64,000 nucleotides of DNA, from assembly GCA_905193755.1 (NCBI GenBank), contig CAJJPX010000001.1:53434-117433 (forward strand). The letters are read 5' to 3'. The position numbers and the translations under genes are program-made. Position 1 is the first letter of the stretch, and each line of letters opens with the position of its first letter. This DNA comes from an uncultured Clostridium sp. GTDB lineage: Bacteria > Bacillota_I > Bacilli_A > RF39 > UBA660. The notes beneath the pieces were generated by a model, which worked only from the letters and a program-made list of their open reading frames with translations, was not told the DNA's origin and made no database searches. This document shows positions 47,945-58,111 of the stretch, in pieces.

Positions 47945-48733
47945 TTATTGAACATCTACATTATCATTAGTAATCATCTTAGCAACTAATCTATCACCAT
48001 CATTATATACATCATACACACCCATTACTCTCCACATAGCTCCACCATATTTTAAGTAATTATTTGTTTCATCACCTGATATGATACATGCACTAACTTT
48101 ATTAGCACTATCAGTACTTACTACATATAAACCATCTTGTTTTTCTAACTTTCCAGTACTTGCATTCTTAACTAATTTATATAGCCCACTTGGTTTTCCA
48201 TCTTTATAAGCACATCCACAATAATCAGATTCTCCAGTTCCATATTTTCCAACAAACATACCAGACATAAATCGTTTACATACTTGGTCTACTAAAGTAC
48301 CATTAGTTATAGTAGTTGTTTGACCTTCGAATGTTGCAGTAACGCCAACCGCTTCTTTCTTCAATATAACATAATTATCATTCATAGATTTTTTATTAAC
48401 AGGATCTACTACACACCCTTTATCGCTTTTAAATTCATCACTTGATACATTTTGACATAATGCATCATCAGCACTCTTATCTACAGATAAAAAGCCCCCA
48501 TTAATAAGTTCATAAACATATACTTTAACTTCAGTTCTTCCATTAAATATATCTGGATTATTAGTACCATACAATTCAGCACTGGCTAAAATATCTTCTA
48601 CTTTAGTCTTATATACTCTTTGATTTATTTTCTTATTAATAGAAATTATACTCGGAATAGCTATAACAACTATAATAGCAATCAAAGCGATTACTACCAA
48701 TAACTCAGTCAATGTAAAACCTTTTTTATTCAT
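47945..48733 (-). CDS. Type IV pilin / pseudopilin-like protein with a prepilin (class III) N-terminus
   Basis: MNKKGFTLTELLVVIALIAIIVVIAIP is a prepilin peptidase site followed by a hydrophobic helix. It is 262 aa. Confidence 0.65.
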   Translation of the reverse strand: MNKKGFTLTELLVVIALIAIIVVIAIPSIISINKKINQRVYKTKVEDILASAELYGTNNPDIFNGRTEVKVYVYELINGGFLSVDKSADDALCQNVSSDEFKSDKGCVVDPVNKKSMNDNYVILKKEAVGVTATFEGQTTTITNGTLVDQVCKRFMSGMFVGKYGTGESDYCGCAYKDGKPSGLYKLVKNASTGKLEKQDGLYVVSTDSANKVSACIISGDETNNYLKYGGAMWRVMGVYDVYNDGDRLVAKMITNDNVDVQ

Positions 48734-48786
48734 ATTAAAAACCTCTATTCTATATACATTATAATAGAATAAAGGTTTCTTTTCAA

Positions 48787-49389
48787 CTATTTTTCAAAAT
48801 AATTTTCTATAATCTCATAAACTCTTTCTTTACCAATTTTAGTCACACTTGAAAAATTTATTATTTCATCACCTAGTGCTGGATTTAATGTGTTTTTAAT
48901 TAAATCATCCTGTTTAGCTCTAAGTGATCTATTAACTTTATCATATTTAGTAGCAACTATTGTAACTGGCAAATTATAGTATTTTAAAAATTTATACATA
49001 AGAACATCATCTTCAGTTGGTTTATGTCTATAATCTATAAGCAAGAACACATGTTTTAAGTATTGTCTTTGCTTTAAATATTCTTCTATCATTACTCCAA
49101 ATTTTTCAATTTGTTTCTTACTAGTAGCAGCATATCCATACCCAGGCACATCGACTATATAGAAGCTATCATTTACTTTATAAAAATTTAATGTAGTAGT
49201 TTTACCAGGTTTTGAACTTGTTCTAGCCAAATTTTTTCTATTAATTATAGTATTTATAAAACTACTCTTACCAACATTACTTCTTCCTAAACATAGAAAT
49301 TCATTTTTCTTATCTTCAGGATATTGACTAATTCTAACAGCAATAATTGGTTCATCTACTTTAGTAATTTCCATATTATTTCTTCTCAC
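48787..49389 (-). CDS. engB: Ribosome biogenesis GTP-binding protein EngB/YsxC
   Basis: G1 GRSNVGKSS, G3 DVPGYG, G4 TKYDK. Confidence 0.9.
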   Translation of the reverse strand: MRRNNMEITKVDEPIIAVRISQYPEDKKNEFLCLGRSNVGKSSFINTIINRKNLARTSSKPGKTTTLNFYKVNDSFYIVDVPGYGYAATSKKQIEKFGVMIEEYLKQRQYLKHVFLLIDYRHKPTEDDVLMYKFLKYYNLPVTIVATKYDKVNRSLRAKQDDLIKNTLNPALGDEIINFSSVTKIGKERVYEIIENYFEK

Positions 49390-50338
49390 TTTCTATATAT
49401 TCTTTACAAGTCTTTGATAAATCTTTCATTAAGGCATCAACAACTTCTTTAGAATCTGTTCTAACACCACTTGCGAATTTATGTCCACCACCATTGTATT
49501 TAGCAGCAACTTCATTTATTACTGGACCCCTACTTCTAATATTAACTCTATACATATTATTTTTAGCATCATGTGATGAGAATGCCCAAACAACTACTTC
49601 ATTAATATTATTAAAGTCATTTATCATATTAGATGCAGCAGATATATCAGAATTAAGTGACTGTATAACATCATCTTCTAGTTCTATAGAAGCAAATCCA
49701 TATTTATCTACTTTCATAGTAGAAGCAATATAACCCATAAGTCTAACTTCACTAAGTGGTTTTGCATATACAAGTCTATATAATTTTTCTATATCTAATT
49801 TATATTTCTTAATTATTTCAGCGACACTTTCAAATGTCTTATAGTTTACATTAAATAAGAATCTATTTGAATCACTTACTATACCAATATATATTTTACC
49901 AGCAATACTTTCATTCATCTTAAGTTTAGTATTATTTATAAGTTCTAAGACTAATTCAGAAGCACTACTTGCATCTTCACGAATTAACTCAATATCACTA
50001 TATTTATCTACTAAAGGATGATGATCTATCTTAATAATATGCTTAAAAGATAAAAAATTATCTATATCAACGCGTCTATTATCAGGAGTATCAACTACTA
50101 TCAATAAAGCATTTTCATAATCATAATTATTTACTTTATCAACTTTACCAAAATATTTAAATCTTGATACAGTGGTTCCAACAGCATACACTTCCTTACT
50201 TGGAAATGTAAGTAATATAGAGTCTTTTAGGGCCATCTGACTACCAAAAGCATCAGGATCTGGCCCAATATGTCTAGCAATATAAATCTTCTTAAACTTC
50301 TTTATTTCATTATATATTGATTTATAAATATTATTCAT
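49376..50338 (-). CDS. nrnA: DHH-family phosphoesterase (NrnA-like nanoRNase / pAp phosphatase)
   Basis: ARHIGPDPDAFGS DHH motif and a DHHA1-like C-terminus (GGGHKFASG). Confidence 0.75.
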   Translation of the reverse strand: MNNIYKSIYNEIKKFKKIYIARHIGPDPDAFGSQMALKDSILLTFPSKEVYAVGTTVSRFKYFGKVDKVNNYDYENALLIVVDTPDNRRVDIDNFLSFKHIIKIDHHPLVDKYSDIELIREDASSASELVLELINNTKLKMNESIAGKIYIGIVSDSNRFLFNVNYKTFESVAEIIKKYKLDIEKLYRLVYAKPLSEVRLMGYIASTMKVDKYGFASIELEDDVIQSLNSDISAASNMINDFNNINEVVVWAFSSHDAKNNMYRVNIRSRGPVINEVAAKYNGGGHKFASGVRTDSKEVVDALMKDLSKTCKEYIESEKK

Positions 50339-50351
50339 TAATTACTTCTTT

Positions 50352-51545
50352 CTATTTAACTAAATTATAAGTATCTTTTATAATCATAATTTCTTCATTA
50401 GTTGGAAGAACCCAAACTACAACACTAGAGTCATCAGAAGAAATAATACCTTCTGTTTCATCTTTATATCCAGCTATTTTAGAATTCTTTTCACTATCTA
50501 ATTTGATACCTAAAGCTTCTAATCTACTTACAATTTCTTCTCTAGCAGCAATACCATTTTCACCAACTCCAGCAGTAAATACAATAGCATCAACATTACC
50601 ATTTAATTTAATATAGTATTCAGCTATATATTTAGCAATACGATCATTATACATATCTAATGCTAAACGAGCGTTTTCATCACCATTTTCACGAGCATTT
50701 TCAACATCACGACTATCAGAATATCCAGAAATTCCAAGAAGTCCACTTTTCTTATTTAAATCATTAGTAATTTGTTCAATATCTTCTCCACTTTCACGAG
50801 AAACATATTCTATAATTGAAGGGTCAATAGCACCACTACGAGTACCCATCATAAGTCCATCAAGTGGACTAATACCCATAGAAGTATCAAAACATTTACC
50901 ATCTTTAATAGCACTAATACTTGCTCCACTACCAATATGGCAAACAATTAGATTAACATCATCCTTACCTAATTTTTCTTTCATCTTAAGCGTAATATAT
51001 TTATGACTAGTTCCATGGAAACCATATTTACGAACACCATATTTAGTATACCATTCCATTGGTACTGGATACATATAATTCACTTTAGGCATAGTTTGAT
51101 GGAATGCAGTATCATATACAGCAACCATTGGTACACCAGGTAAAGCTTCACTAATTGCTTCAATACCAGCTAAATTACCTGGATGATGAAGACGAGCTAA
51201 CTTAGTAAAAGCATGAATATCATTTAATACTTCTTCATTGATAAGTACTGAATCACTATACTTTTCTCCACCATGTACAACTCTATGTCCTACACCTTTA
51301 ATTTCATCTAAACTTTCAACTGCTTTATATTTTAATAATTCATCAATTAAAACCTTAGCTGCAGCTTTATGATCTTTCAAATATTTAGCTTCTTTAAACT
51401 TCTTACCATTTACTTTAGTAGTCCAAAAACTATCTTTAAGACCAATTTTTTCAAAATAACCGCTAATAATTAACTTCTCTTCAGGCATTTCAACTAATTG
51501 AAATTTTAAAGAAGAACTACCAGCATTAACACATAATATTTTCAT
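50352..51545 (-). CDS. ackA: Acetate kinase
   Basis: MKILCVNAGSSSLKFQL..., VHGG, HLGSGAS-like motifs; 397 aa. Confidence 0.95.
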   Translation of the reverse strand: MKILCVNAGSSSLKFQLVEMPEEKLIISGYFEKIGLKDSFWTTKVNGKKFKEAKYLKDHKAAAKVLIDELLKYKAVESLDEIKGVGHRVVHGGEKYSDSVLINEEVLNDIHAFTKLARLHHPGNLAGIEAISEALPGVPMVAVYDTAFHQTMPKVNYMYPVPMEWYTKYGVRKYGFHGTSHKYITLKMKEKLGKDDVNLIVCHIGSGASISAIKDGKCFDTSMGISPLDGLMMGTRSGAIDPSIIEYVSRESGEDIEQITNDLNKKSGLLGISGYSDSRDVENARENGDENARLALDMYNDRIAKYIAEYYIKLNGNVDAIVFTAGVGENGIAAREEIVSRLEALGIKLDSEKNSKIAGYKDETEGIISSDDSSVVVWVLPTNEEIMIIKDTYNLVK

Positions 51546-51622
51546 CTAATATTTCCTTCTTTCTTTTCTTTTATATTATAACAAAGAATAAAAGAAAAGT
51601 GAAACATAATTTCACTCATATA

Positions 51623-51778
51623 TTAGATTTTATTTTTAATTGTTTTTTTATCATTATATTTTTCTATTCTATCAAATTGATATTTATAGTCACTCTCATA
51701 TTCCTGATTTTTACTATTCATTATTTTCATTTTATATAGTAGTTTATTTTTCTTACTAAAATAATTATTTAAAAGCAT
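51623..51778 (-). CDS. Possible small Lys-rich ORF (51 aa) upstream of ackA
   Basis: A GGAGGAA RBS lies 5 nt before the ATG. It is not in the ORF track and there is no homology evidence. Confidence 0.2.
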   Translation of the reverse strand: MLLNNYFSKKNKLLYKMKIMNSKNQEYESDYKYQFDRIEKYNDKKTIKNKI

Positions 51779-51857
51779 ATTTTCCTCCATTAAATAGTAT
51801 GTCTAATTTACAAAAAATAATACTTATGTTATAATTTAACCAAAGAAAGGGATTTAT

Positions 51858-52808
51858 ATGGAAAAGAAAGAAACTACAAAAAAAGTTATTATTAGAGGTG
51901 TAATAGTAGTATGTTCTGCTATTATATTATTGATTGCTATTGATTTACTTAATGTTTTAGCGTTCAAAGGAAAACCAATGTTTCTAATAAGTGAAAGTGA
52001 TACTAAACAAAGTTCTATACTTTATGATATTTATGAATGTAATGGCAAAAGAATATTCAAAGTTAAAGGTACTAAGTTTAATTGTCCAGTAGAAAAAAAT
52101 AAGAAAGTAATTACTATTACTGATAGAAGTGAAGGGCAATATTGTGCAGATGCTATAGAGTATTATTATCAAGATTATTATTTTACCTGCGTTAAGAGTC
52201 ATAATGTTATAGTTACTGTTAACGGAAAAGAATATACTATTAAAGAAGCTTTAAATAATGGTATTGTTACAATGGATGAACTAATAGCTGTAGGTTTTAA
52301 ACCACTTAAAAAGAGTGTAACTGATGATGATAAAACTCCAGAGAAACCAACTACTCCAACTGAACCAACCACTCCAACAGAACCTACTGAACCAAGCAAA
52401 CCAGAAAATCCAACAACACCTACTGAACCAACTAAACCAACTGAGCCTACAACACCTTCCGAACCAGTAACACCTACTGACCCTAAACCAGTTAAGCCAG
52501 TCACTCCAACAAAACCAACAAAACCAACTAAACCAATAACACCAACTAAACCAATAACACCAACAAAACCACCAGAAGATTTAAAGAAAATAACTATTAC
52601 TGATACAAGTGCTGGTAAAAATTGTGCTCAAGCTATTGAATACTATTATCAAAGATATTATTTCAACTGTATAAAGAGTCAATATGTTATAGTTACTGTT
52701 AATGGTAAAAAATATAACATAAAAGAAGCATTAAATAATGGTATTGTTACAATGGACGAACTAATTAAAGCAGGATTCAAACCTCAAACTGACGCAGTTG
52801 ATAGATAA
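51858..52808 (+). CDS. Membrane-anchored protein with an internally duplicated ~65-aa domain separated by a Pro/Thr-rich linker
   Basis: N-terminal TM helix. The two ~75%-identical copies are ITITDRSEGQYCADAIEYYYQDYYF...NGIVTMDELIAVGFKP and ITITDTSAGKNCAQAIEYYYQRYYF...NGIVTMDELIKAGFKP. Confidence 0.6.
   Translation: MEKKETTKKVIIRGVIVVCSAIILLIAIDLLNVLAFKGKPMFLISESDTKQSSILYDIYECNGKRIFKVKGTKFNCPVEKNKKVITITDRSEGQYCADAIEYYYQDYYFTCVKSHNVIVTVNGKEYTIKEALNNGIVTMDELIAVGFKPLKKSVTDDDKTPEKPTTPTEPTTPTEPTEPSKPENPTTPTEPTKPTEPTTPSEPVTPTDPKPVKPVTPTKPTKPTKPITPTKPITPTKPPEDLKKITITDTSAGKNCAQAIEYYYQRYYFNCIKSQYVIVTVNGKKYNIKEALNNGIVTMDELIKAGFKPQTDAVDR
52320..52570 (+). repeat. Imperfect tandem 9/18-nt repeats encoding a (T/K)P(T/E)-rich linker
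   Basis: Units such as ccaactaaaccaataaca are reiterated and encode TPTEPTKPTEP...KPTKPITPTKPITPTKP. Confidence 0.5.
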
Positions 52809-52813
52809 AACAA

Positions 52814-52840
52814 AAAACCTGGGTTTCCAGGTTTTATTTT
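52814..52840. terminator. Bidirectional intrinsic terminator
   Basis: AACCTGG-GTTT-CCAGGTT hairpin followed by TTTTATTTT, between convergent genes. Confidence 0.6.
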
Positions 52841-52841
52841 G

Positions 52842-54017
52842 CTATAAATATTCACTTTTTACTTTTTTTAAATCTACTACTTCTATAGTATCAACGGCTT
52901 CTTTTAATAATGGATCAAAATCAATCTTTGATTCTTCTTCATAAATAAATTTAAGATTTGGATTTATTACTGGATGTTTAGGAACAAACACAGTACAACA
53001 GTCTTCATATGGAAGTATAGATGTTTCATAAGTATCTATTTTCTTAGATATTTCAATTATATCTAATTTATCAAAAGAACATAAAGGTCTCAAGATTGGA
53101 TAATTAGTAACATCATTAACAGCTACCATACTAGATAATGTTTGACTTGCTACTTGTCCTACACTTTCACCATTTACTATAGCTAAACATTTATTCTTCT
53201 TAGCTACTCTTTCAGCTATTCTATACATCATTCTTCTCATAATAGTTATTAAGTATGTAGTATCCAAATTCTTATATATTGTTTCTTGTATCTTAGTAAA
53301 ATTTACTACCATTAATTTACCATTAGAGTTATATTTTTCTAGTTTTCTAGCAAGCTCTATTACTTTATTACGAGCTTCTATACTTGTATGAGGTCTACTT
53401 TCAAAATATAAATAGTATAACTCTACTCCTCTTTTAATAGTCATATATCCAGCAACTGGAGAATCTATTCCACCACTTAACATTAGTAGTCCTCGTCCAA
53501 GAGTACTAACAGGGTACCCTCCAAGTCCAGAAACACCTTTAGTATAATAATAAACAGCATTACTTCTTATTTCTATATTTAAATAAACATCAGGATTATG
53601 AACATCAACTTTACAATCTATATTCTTAAGAATATGTCCACCTACTATATTATTCATATCCATTGATTTAATTGGAAACTTCTTATCACTTCTATTAGTT
53701 ACAACTTTAAAAGTCTTAAATTCTTCCGTTTTCATAACTTCTAAAGAACACTTTAGTATTTCATCTTCAGTGACTACTTCACTCATATAAGCAACTACTA
53801 TTTCATGAATACCAAATATATTTTTAAGAATATTAACAATTCCATCAATGTCTTCTTCATTTGGAATTATAAACATTCTATAATAGTCATCTTGTATCTC
53901 AAAACTATAATCACTTATCTTATCAAATATATTATTTTTAAGTTTTTTTATAAAGAAATTTCTATTATCTTTTTTAGTAGTTAATTCACCATATTTTATT
54001 AATATTACTTTTTTCAT
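52842..54017 (-). CDS. thiI: tRNA 4-thiouridine(8) synthase ThiI
   Basis: THUMP region plus the PP-loop SGGIDSPVAG. Confidence 0.9.
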   Translation of the reverse strand: MKKVILIKYGELTTKKDNRNFFIKKLKNNIFDKISDYSFEIQDDYYRMFIIPNEEDIDGIVNILKNIFGIHEIVVAYMSEVVTEDEILKCSLEVMKTEEFKTFKVVTNRSDKKFPIKSMDMNNIVGGHILKNIDCKVDVHNPDVYLNIEIRSNAVYYYTKGVSGLGGYPVSTLGRGLLMLSGGIDSPVAGYMTIKRGVELYYLYFESRPHTSIEARNKVIELARKLEKYNSNGKLMVVNFTKIQETIYKNLDTTYLITIMRRMMYRIAERVAKKNKCLAIVNGESVGQVASQTLSSMVAVNDVTNYPILRPLCSFDKLDIIEISKKIDTYETSILPYEDCCTVFVPKHPVINPNLKFIYEEESKIDFDPLLKEAVDTIEVVDLKKVKSEYL

Positions 54018-55138
54018 TTTAATAATAACTCATTCCATATTTTATCAAATACTTCTAAGAATTTATGTACTTCTTCCATAGTAGTTAAATGACTTAGACT
54101 TACTCTTATTGATGTAGTACTTACATCTTTATTACCATGACTTAATGCCTTTAATACAGTACTTTCTTCTAAGCTAGAACAAGCAGTAGTAGTAGATACA
54201 TATATTTCATATCTTTCAAGCGCATGTACAAAAGTTTCAGATTTAATCTTTAATAAACTAAAATTAACTATTTGAGGTACACATAAATCATTAGAATTAA
54301 TTTGTATTGGATATTTAGAAAGTCCTTTCAATAATTCTGCTTTTAATTTTTCACATTTCTTTATATTAGATTCTAATTTATCATTAATAAGTCTCATAGC
54401 CTTAGAAAATGATACCACTAGTGGTAATGCAGGAGTTCCACCTCTAAATGGACAATTCTCTGTAGTACCATATATCAATGTATCTATTTGTAAATCACGT
54501 CTCTTATATAAAATTCCTATTCCCTTAGGAGAATATATCTTATGACTTGAAAAACTAGCTAAATCTAAATCACTTAGATAAAATCTTGTTTTACCTAAAG
54601 CTTGAGTTAAATCACTATGGAATATAACATTAGGATTCTTCTTATTAATAACTTGTCTAATAGTCTTAAGGGGTTGTTTGAAACCAGTTTCAGAATTAAC
54701 AGCACATATACTTACAAGGATAGTATCTTCTCTTATAAGTTCTTCTAAATGCTTTAAATCTATTTGTCCATTAGGCTGTATATCAACAAAATCTACTTCG
54801 TATCCTATATTACTTAAGTATCCCATAACTTCTAAAACACTCTTATGTTCAAGTTTACTAGTTATAATATGTTTACCACGTTTACAATATTTAAATGCTA
54901 CACCCTTAATAGCAGTAGTATTACTTTCACTTGCTCCACTAGTAAATATTAATTCCTTTGGATGACAATTAAGTATCTCAGCTATTTGATTAGTAGCTTG
55001 CATTAATAATTCTTTAGACTTAACACCAAGAGTATGAATACTATTAGCATTTCCAATAAATTCACGAGTAACTTTGCAATAAGAATCAAGTACTCTCTCG
55101 TCTACTGGTGTAGTCGCACTATAATCTAAATATATCAT
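54014..55138 (-). CDS. Cysteine desulfurase (NifS/IscS class V aminotransferase)
   Basis: 374 aa with a PLP-lysine context (SFSSHKIYSPKGIG) and an active-site Cys loop. It is translationally coupled to thiI. Confidence 0.88.
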   Translation of the reverse strand: MIYLDYSATTPVDERVLDSYCKVTREFIGNANSIHTLGVKSKELLMQATNQIAEILNCHPKELIFTSGASESNTTAIKGVAFKYCKRGKHIITSKLEHKSVLEVMGYLSNIGYEVDFVDIQPNGQIDLKHLEELIREDTILVSICAVNSETGFKQPLKTIRQVINKKNPNVIFHSDLTQALGKTRFYLSDLDLASFSSHKIYSPKGIGILYKRRDLQIDTLIYGTTENCPFRGGTPALPLVVSFSKAMRLINDKLESNIKKCEKLKAELLKGLSKYPIQINSNDLCVPQIVNFSLLKIKSETFVHALERYEIYVSTTTACSSLEESTVLKALSHGNKDVSTTSIRVSLSHLTTMEEVHKFLEVFDKIWNELLLK

Positions 55139-55147
55139 TCTTTCCTC

Positions 55148-56800
55148 CTATATTTCTTGAATAACTGTTAAAATCACTGGTTTACATTGAGTTTCTTTAT
55201 ATAAGTATTGACCAACTAACTCACGTATTTCATTTCTTATCTTAACATAATCCGCATACTTATTAGAGAAAGTATTATTTCTAATAATCTCCATACTAAG
55301 TTTCTTAACTTCATTTATAACATCATTATTATCTTTAGAATATATAAATCCACGAGTAATTATCTCTGGCTCTATAATTATTGATTTATCTTTTTTACTT
55401 AATGTTGATGATATTACTACAAGACCATTATTACTTAATAATTCTCTATCTTTTAAAACTACATCTCCAACATCTTCACTAAAATTACCATCTATTAATA
55501 TATCATCTACAAATACTCTTTCGAAGTTATCTTTTAATTCACCATTTTCAAAAGTAACAACATCTCCATTTTCTTTAAGTAATATGTTTTCTTTTGGCAT
55601 ACCTACACTATATGCAAGATTTCCATTTTGTACTTGATATCTATATTCGCCCTTTATAGGCATATAGTATTTTGGATTAAATAATTTAACAAGAAGCATT
55701 AAGTCTTCACTAGATGCATGATGTCGTACACTCTTATCTTTAGGTATTTGTACTATATTAACACCTTTAATAGCTAAATCATTAAGTATTCTTACAAGTA
55801 ACTTTTCATAAGCATCATAACTTGGTTCAGCAAAACATACTGTATCAGTCTTTTCTAAAGTAATAAATTTATCATGACCATTTAATATTCTATTTATATT
55901 AGAATATGGTGTCTCTCTATCATTACTAATAAGTATAACAGTATTTTCAAGTTTTAAATCAGTTAGATTACCTATCATATCTTCTTCTATATCTAAGTAT
56001 CCATTCTTGGCACACAAAGAAACTATGTTATGTAACTCTTTACCCATTATTACCACTTTTCTATTCTTTCCTTTTATTGAATTAAAAATTTCTTGAATAG
56101 TATAAATATGAAGTGGTAACACTGTAAATATGATTCTACCTTTATTTTTATCAACTACGTTTTTAAAAAATCCTTCTAATTTATGATTAGGGCTAGTATG
56201 TCCCTTCTTTTCAGCAAATACACTTTCTGCCATTAAGCAAAGTACACCTTGTTTACCAATATAAGCAAGTTTACCTAAGTCCATATCATAGTATCCATTC
56301 ATAGTAGGATCTATTATAAAGTCAGCCATATATATAACTGCTCCATCATCAGTATTAACAGCAAATCCAAGTGTTTCAGGACTACTATGTGTAACACTAA
56401 ATGGAAATATACTTATATTCTTAGTTATATCTATTTTTTTATGTGCCTTTATAGTATGTAAATTCTTAATTTCTACTTTGTCTACTGAACACTCATATTT
56501 AATTATTTCACTTGTGTAATTTGATGCATACACATTTAAATTTGGTAATACTTTTAATAAATCAGTAAGTGCTCCCATATTCTCACGATGAGGATGGCTA
56601 ATAAATAATCCTACTATTTCTTTTTCATGTTCTACTAAATATGAAAAATCAGGTATTACATAATCTACACCATACATTTTATCAGGTGCATATTTCATAC
56701 CACAATCAAAAATAAATAGATGTCCATCTACATTTACTGTATATAAATTCTTACCATTTTCGTTTAATCCACCTAAACTCATTATATTAATTTTACTCAT
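55148..56800 (-). CDS. rnj: Ribonuclease J (metallo-beta-lactamase / beta-CASP)
   Basis: HxHxDH-type motif (ISHPHRENMGAL) and a beta-CASP domain; 550 aa. Confidence 0.92.
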   Translation of the reverse strand: MSKINIMSLGGLNENGKNLYTVNVDGHLFIFDCGMKYAPDKMYGVDYVIPDFSYLVEHEKEIVGLFISHPHRENMGALTDLLKVLPNLNVYASNYTSEIIKYECSVDKVEIKNLHTIKAHKKIDITKNISIFPFSVTHSSPETLGFAVNTDDGAVIYMADFIIDPTMNGYYDMDLGKLAYIGKQGVLCLMAESVFAEKKGHTSPNHKLEGFFKNVVDKNKGRIIFTVLPLHIYTIQEIFNSIKGKNRKVVIMGKELHNIVSLCAKNGYLDIEEDMIGNLTDLKLENTVILISNDRETPYSNINRILNGHDKFITLEKTDTVCFAEPSYDAYEKLLVRILNDLAIKGVNIVQIPKDKSVRHHASSEDLMLLVKLFNPKYYMPIKGEYRYQVQNGNLAYSVGMPKENILLKENGDVVTFENGELKDNFERVFVDDILIDGNFSEDVGDVVLKDRELLSNNGLVVISSTLSKKDKSIIIEPEIITRGFIYSKDNNDVINEVKKLSMEIIRNNTFSNKYADYVKIRNEIRELVGQYLYKETQCKPVILTVIQEI

Positions 56801-56896
56801 AATATCACTCCCTTTAAAAGTTTAAATGCTAAAAGTATTTTACCACATTTTATAAAAAATTACTAGTATTCTAATATTTATAATTATTAGATAAAA

Positions 56897-56920
56897 TAAA
56901 AAGACTATTTCTAGTCTAAA
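56897..56920 (-). terminator. Intrinsic terminator after rpoZ
   Basis: AGACTA-TTTC-TAGTCT hairpin followed by TTTTT on the minus strand. Confidence 0.55.
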
Positions 56921-56936
56921 TATTATAAGAAAAGAA

Positions 56937-57137
56937 TTAATTATTCTTAATAGTAATTAACCCTCTATCTACTTCTTCTAATGCCCTTCCAATTTCTTTT
57001 TTTGACACATACTCACTCTCAGGCATTTGAAAATGTTTATGTTCTTTCATAACTTTGGCTCTATCAGCAGCTATATGTACTAACTTATATTTAGAGTCAA
57101 CAATATTTAATAATCTGTCTATTGAAGGATATATCAC
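56937..57137 (-). CDS. rpoZ: DNA-directed RNA polymerase subunit omega
   Basis: MIYPSIDRLLNIVDSKYKLVHIAADRAKVM...GRALEEVDRGLI parallels B. subtilis RpoZ [20 protein letters not shown]...GKALEEIDAGLL. Confidence 0.75.
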   Translation of the reverse strand: MIYPSIDRLLNIVDSKYKLVHIAADRAKVMKEHKHFQMPESEYVSKKEIGRALEEVDRGLITIKNN

Positions 57138-57224
57138 TTTCCACCATCTCCCTACACTAATAATATAACCAATTATAAAACTCTATACAACAAATATACA
57201 CATTTTTTTACATTAAATTTACAA

Positions 57225-57746
57225 TTAATTAAAACTTACTAAATGATATACTTTTTTAATATCATCATCATAAGACATAAGTATAGTCTTTTTACTTTCA
57301 TTTATATAGTCTATTTCTACATTTCTAAAACAATATAATAACTTATCATTAGTTCTTTCTATATCCTTATTATAGTCAAGTTTAGTAATATTTTTACTAT
57401 CACTTATCAAAGTAAAATTAAAGTCTTTTATGTCACTACTTATATCTTCATCATCAAGCATTATAAAGTATAAGTTATCACTAGTAAGTAATGTTACACT
57501 TATATAGCTTTCATCCATAGTACATCCTGGTATTATGACTAACTCTTTAGTAGTTCCTTCATAATTACTTAGATTAAATACTTTATCTTGATATGTAATT
57601 TCTATATATTTTTCTTTTTCTTCTACTTTAAAATCACTTTTATCATCACTTATTTTAATATTCATTTCTTCTTTACCACAAGCAGTAAGCATTATAGTTA
57701 TAAGTGTTAAACCAAGTATTTTTTTAATTTTCATTTGAAACTCCAC
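57225..57746 (-). CDS. Hypothetical lipoprotein
   Basis: Lipobox LTAC after a hydrophobic signal; ~170 aa. Confidence 0.5.
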   Translation of the reverse strand: MEFQMKIKKILGLTLITIMLTACGKEEMNIKISDDKSDFKVEEKEKYIEITYQDKVFNLSNYEGTTKELVIIPGCTMDESYISVTLLTSDNLYFIMLDDEDISSDIKDFNFTLISDSKNITKLDYNKDIERTNDKLLYCFRNVEIDYINESKKTILMSYDDDIKKVYHLVSFN

Positions 57747-58074
57747 ATTCTTCTAAATCAGTAGTTTTAAATGTATTTCCTGCTTCTACTTTAGTATCTT
57801 TCTTAATACACTTTCCAACTACTTCATTAATATTCATAACTATACCATCTGTACTATCAAGAATCATTTCTTTATTTTCAACCATTTCAATTGTTATCAT
57901 AGTTCCATCAATAATTAAATACTTAGATACTGGTACATTAAATTTATGAGTAGTATCATCAAGTTTATTATTATAATCTCTATATAAATAACCAATTACA
58001 GCAGCTAACAATACTAATACAAATACTATAATAAATATAATAATAAAAGTTTTTCTATTCATTCTTTCTTTCAT
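57724..58074 (-). CDS. Hypothetical single-TM membrane protein
   Basis: 116-aa ORF with an N-terminal TM helix. It overlaps the start of the downstream lipoprotein gene. Confidence 0.45.
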   Translation of the reverse strand: MKERMNRKTFIIIFIIVFVLVLLAAVIGYLYRDYNNKLDDTTHKFNVPVSKYLIIDGTMITIEMVENKEMILDSTDGIVMNINEVVGKCIKKDTKVEAGNTFKTTDLEECGVSNEN

Positions 58075-58111
58075 AAATAAATCATATCACACTTTCATTT
58101 ATAAATCTTAA

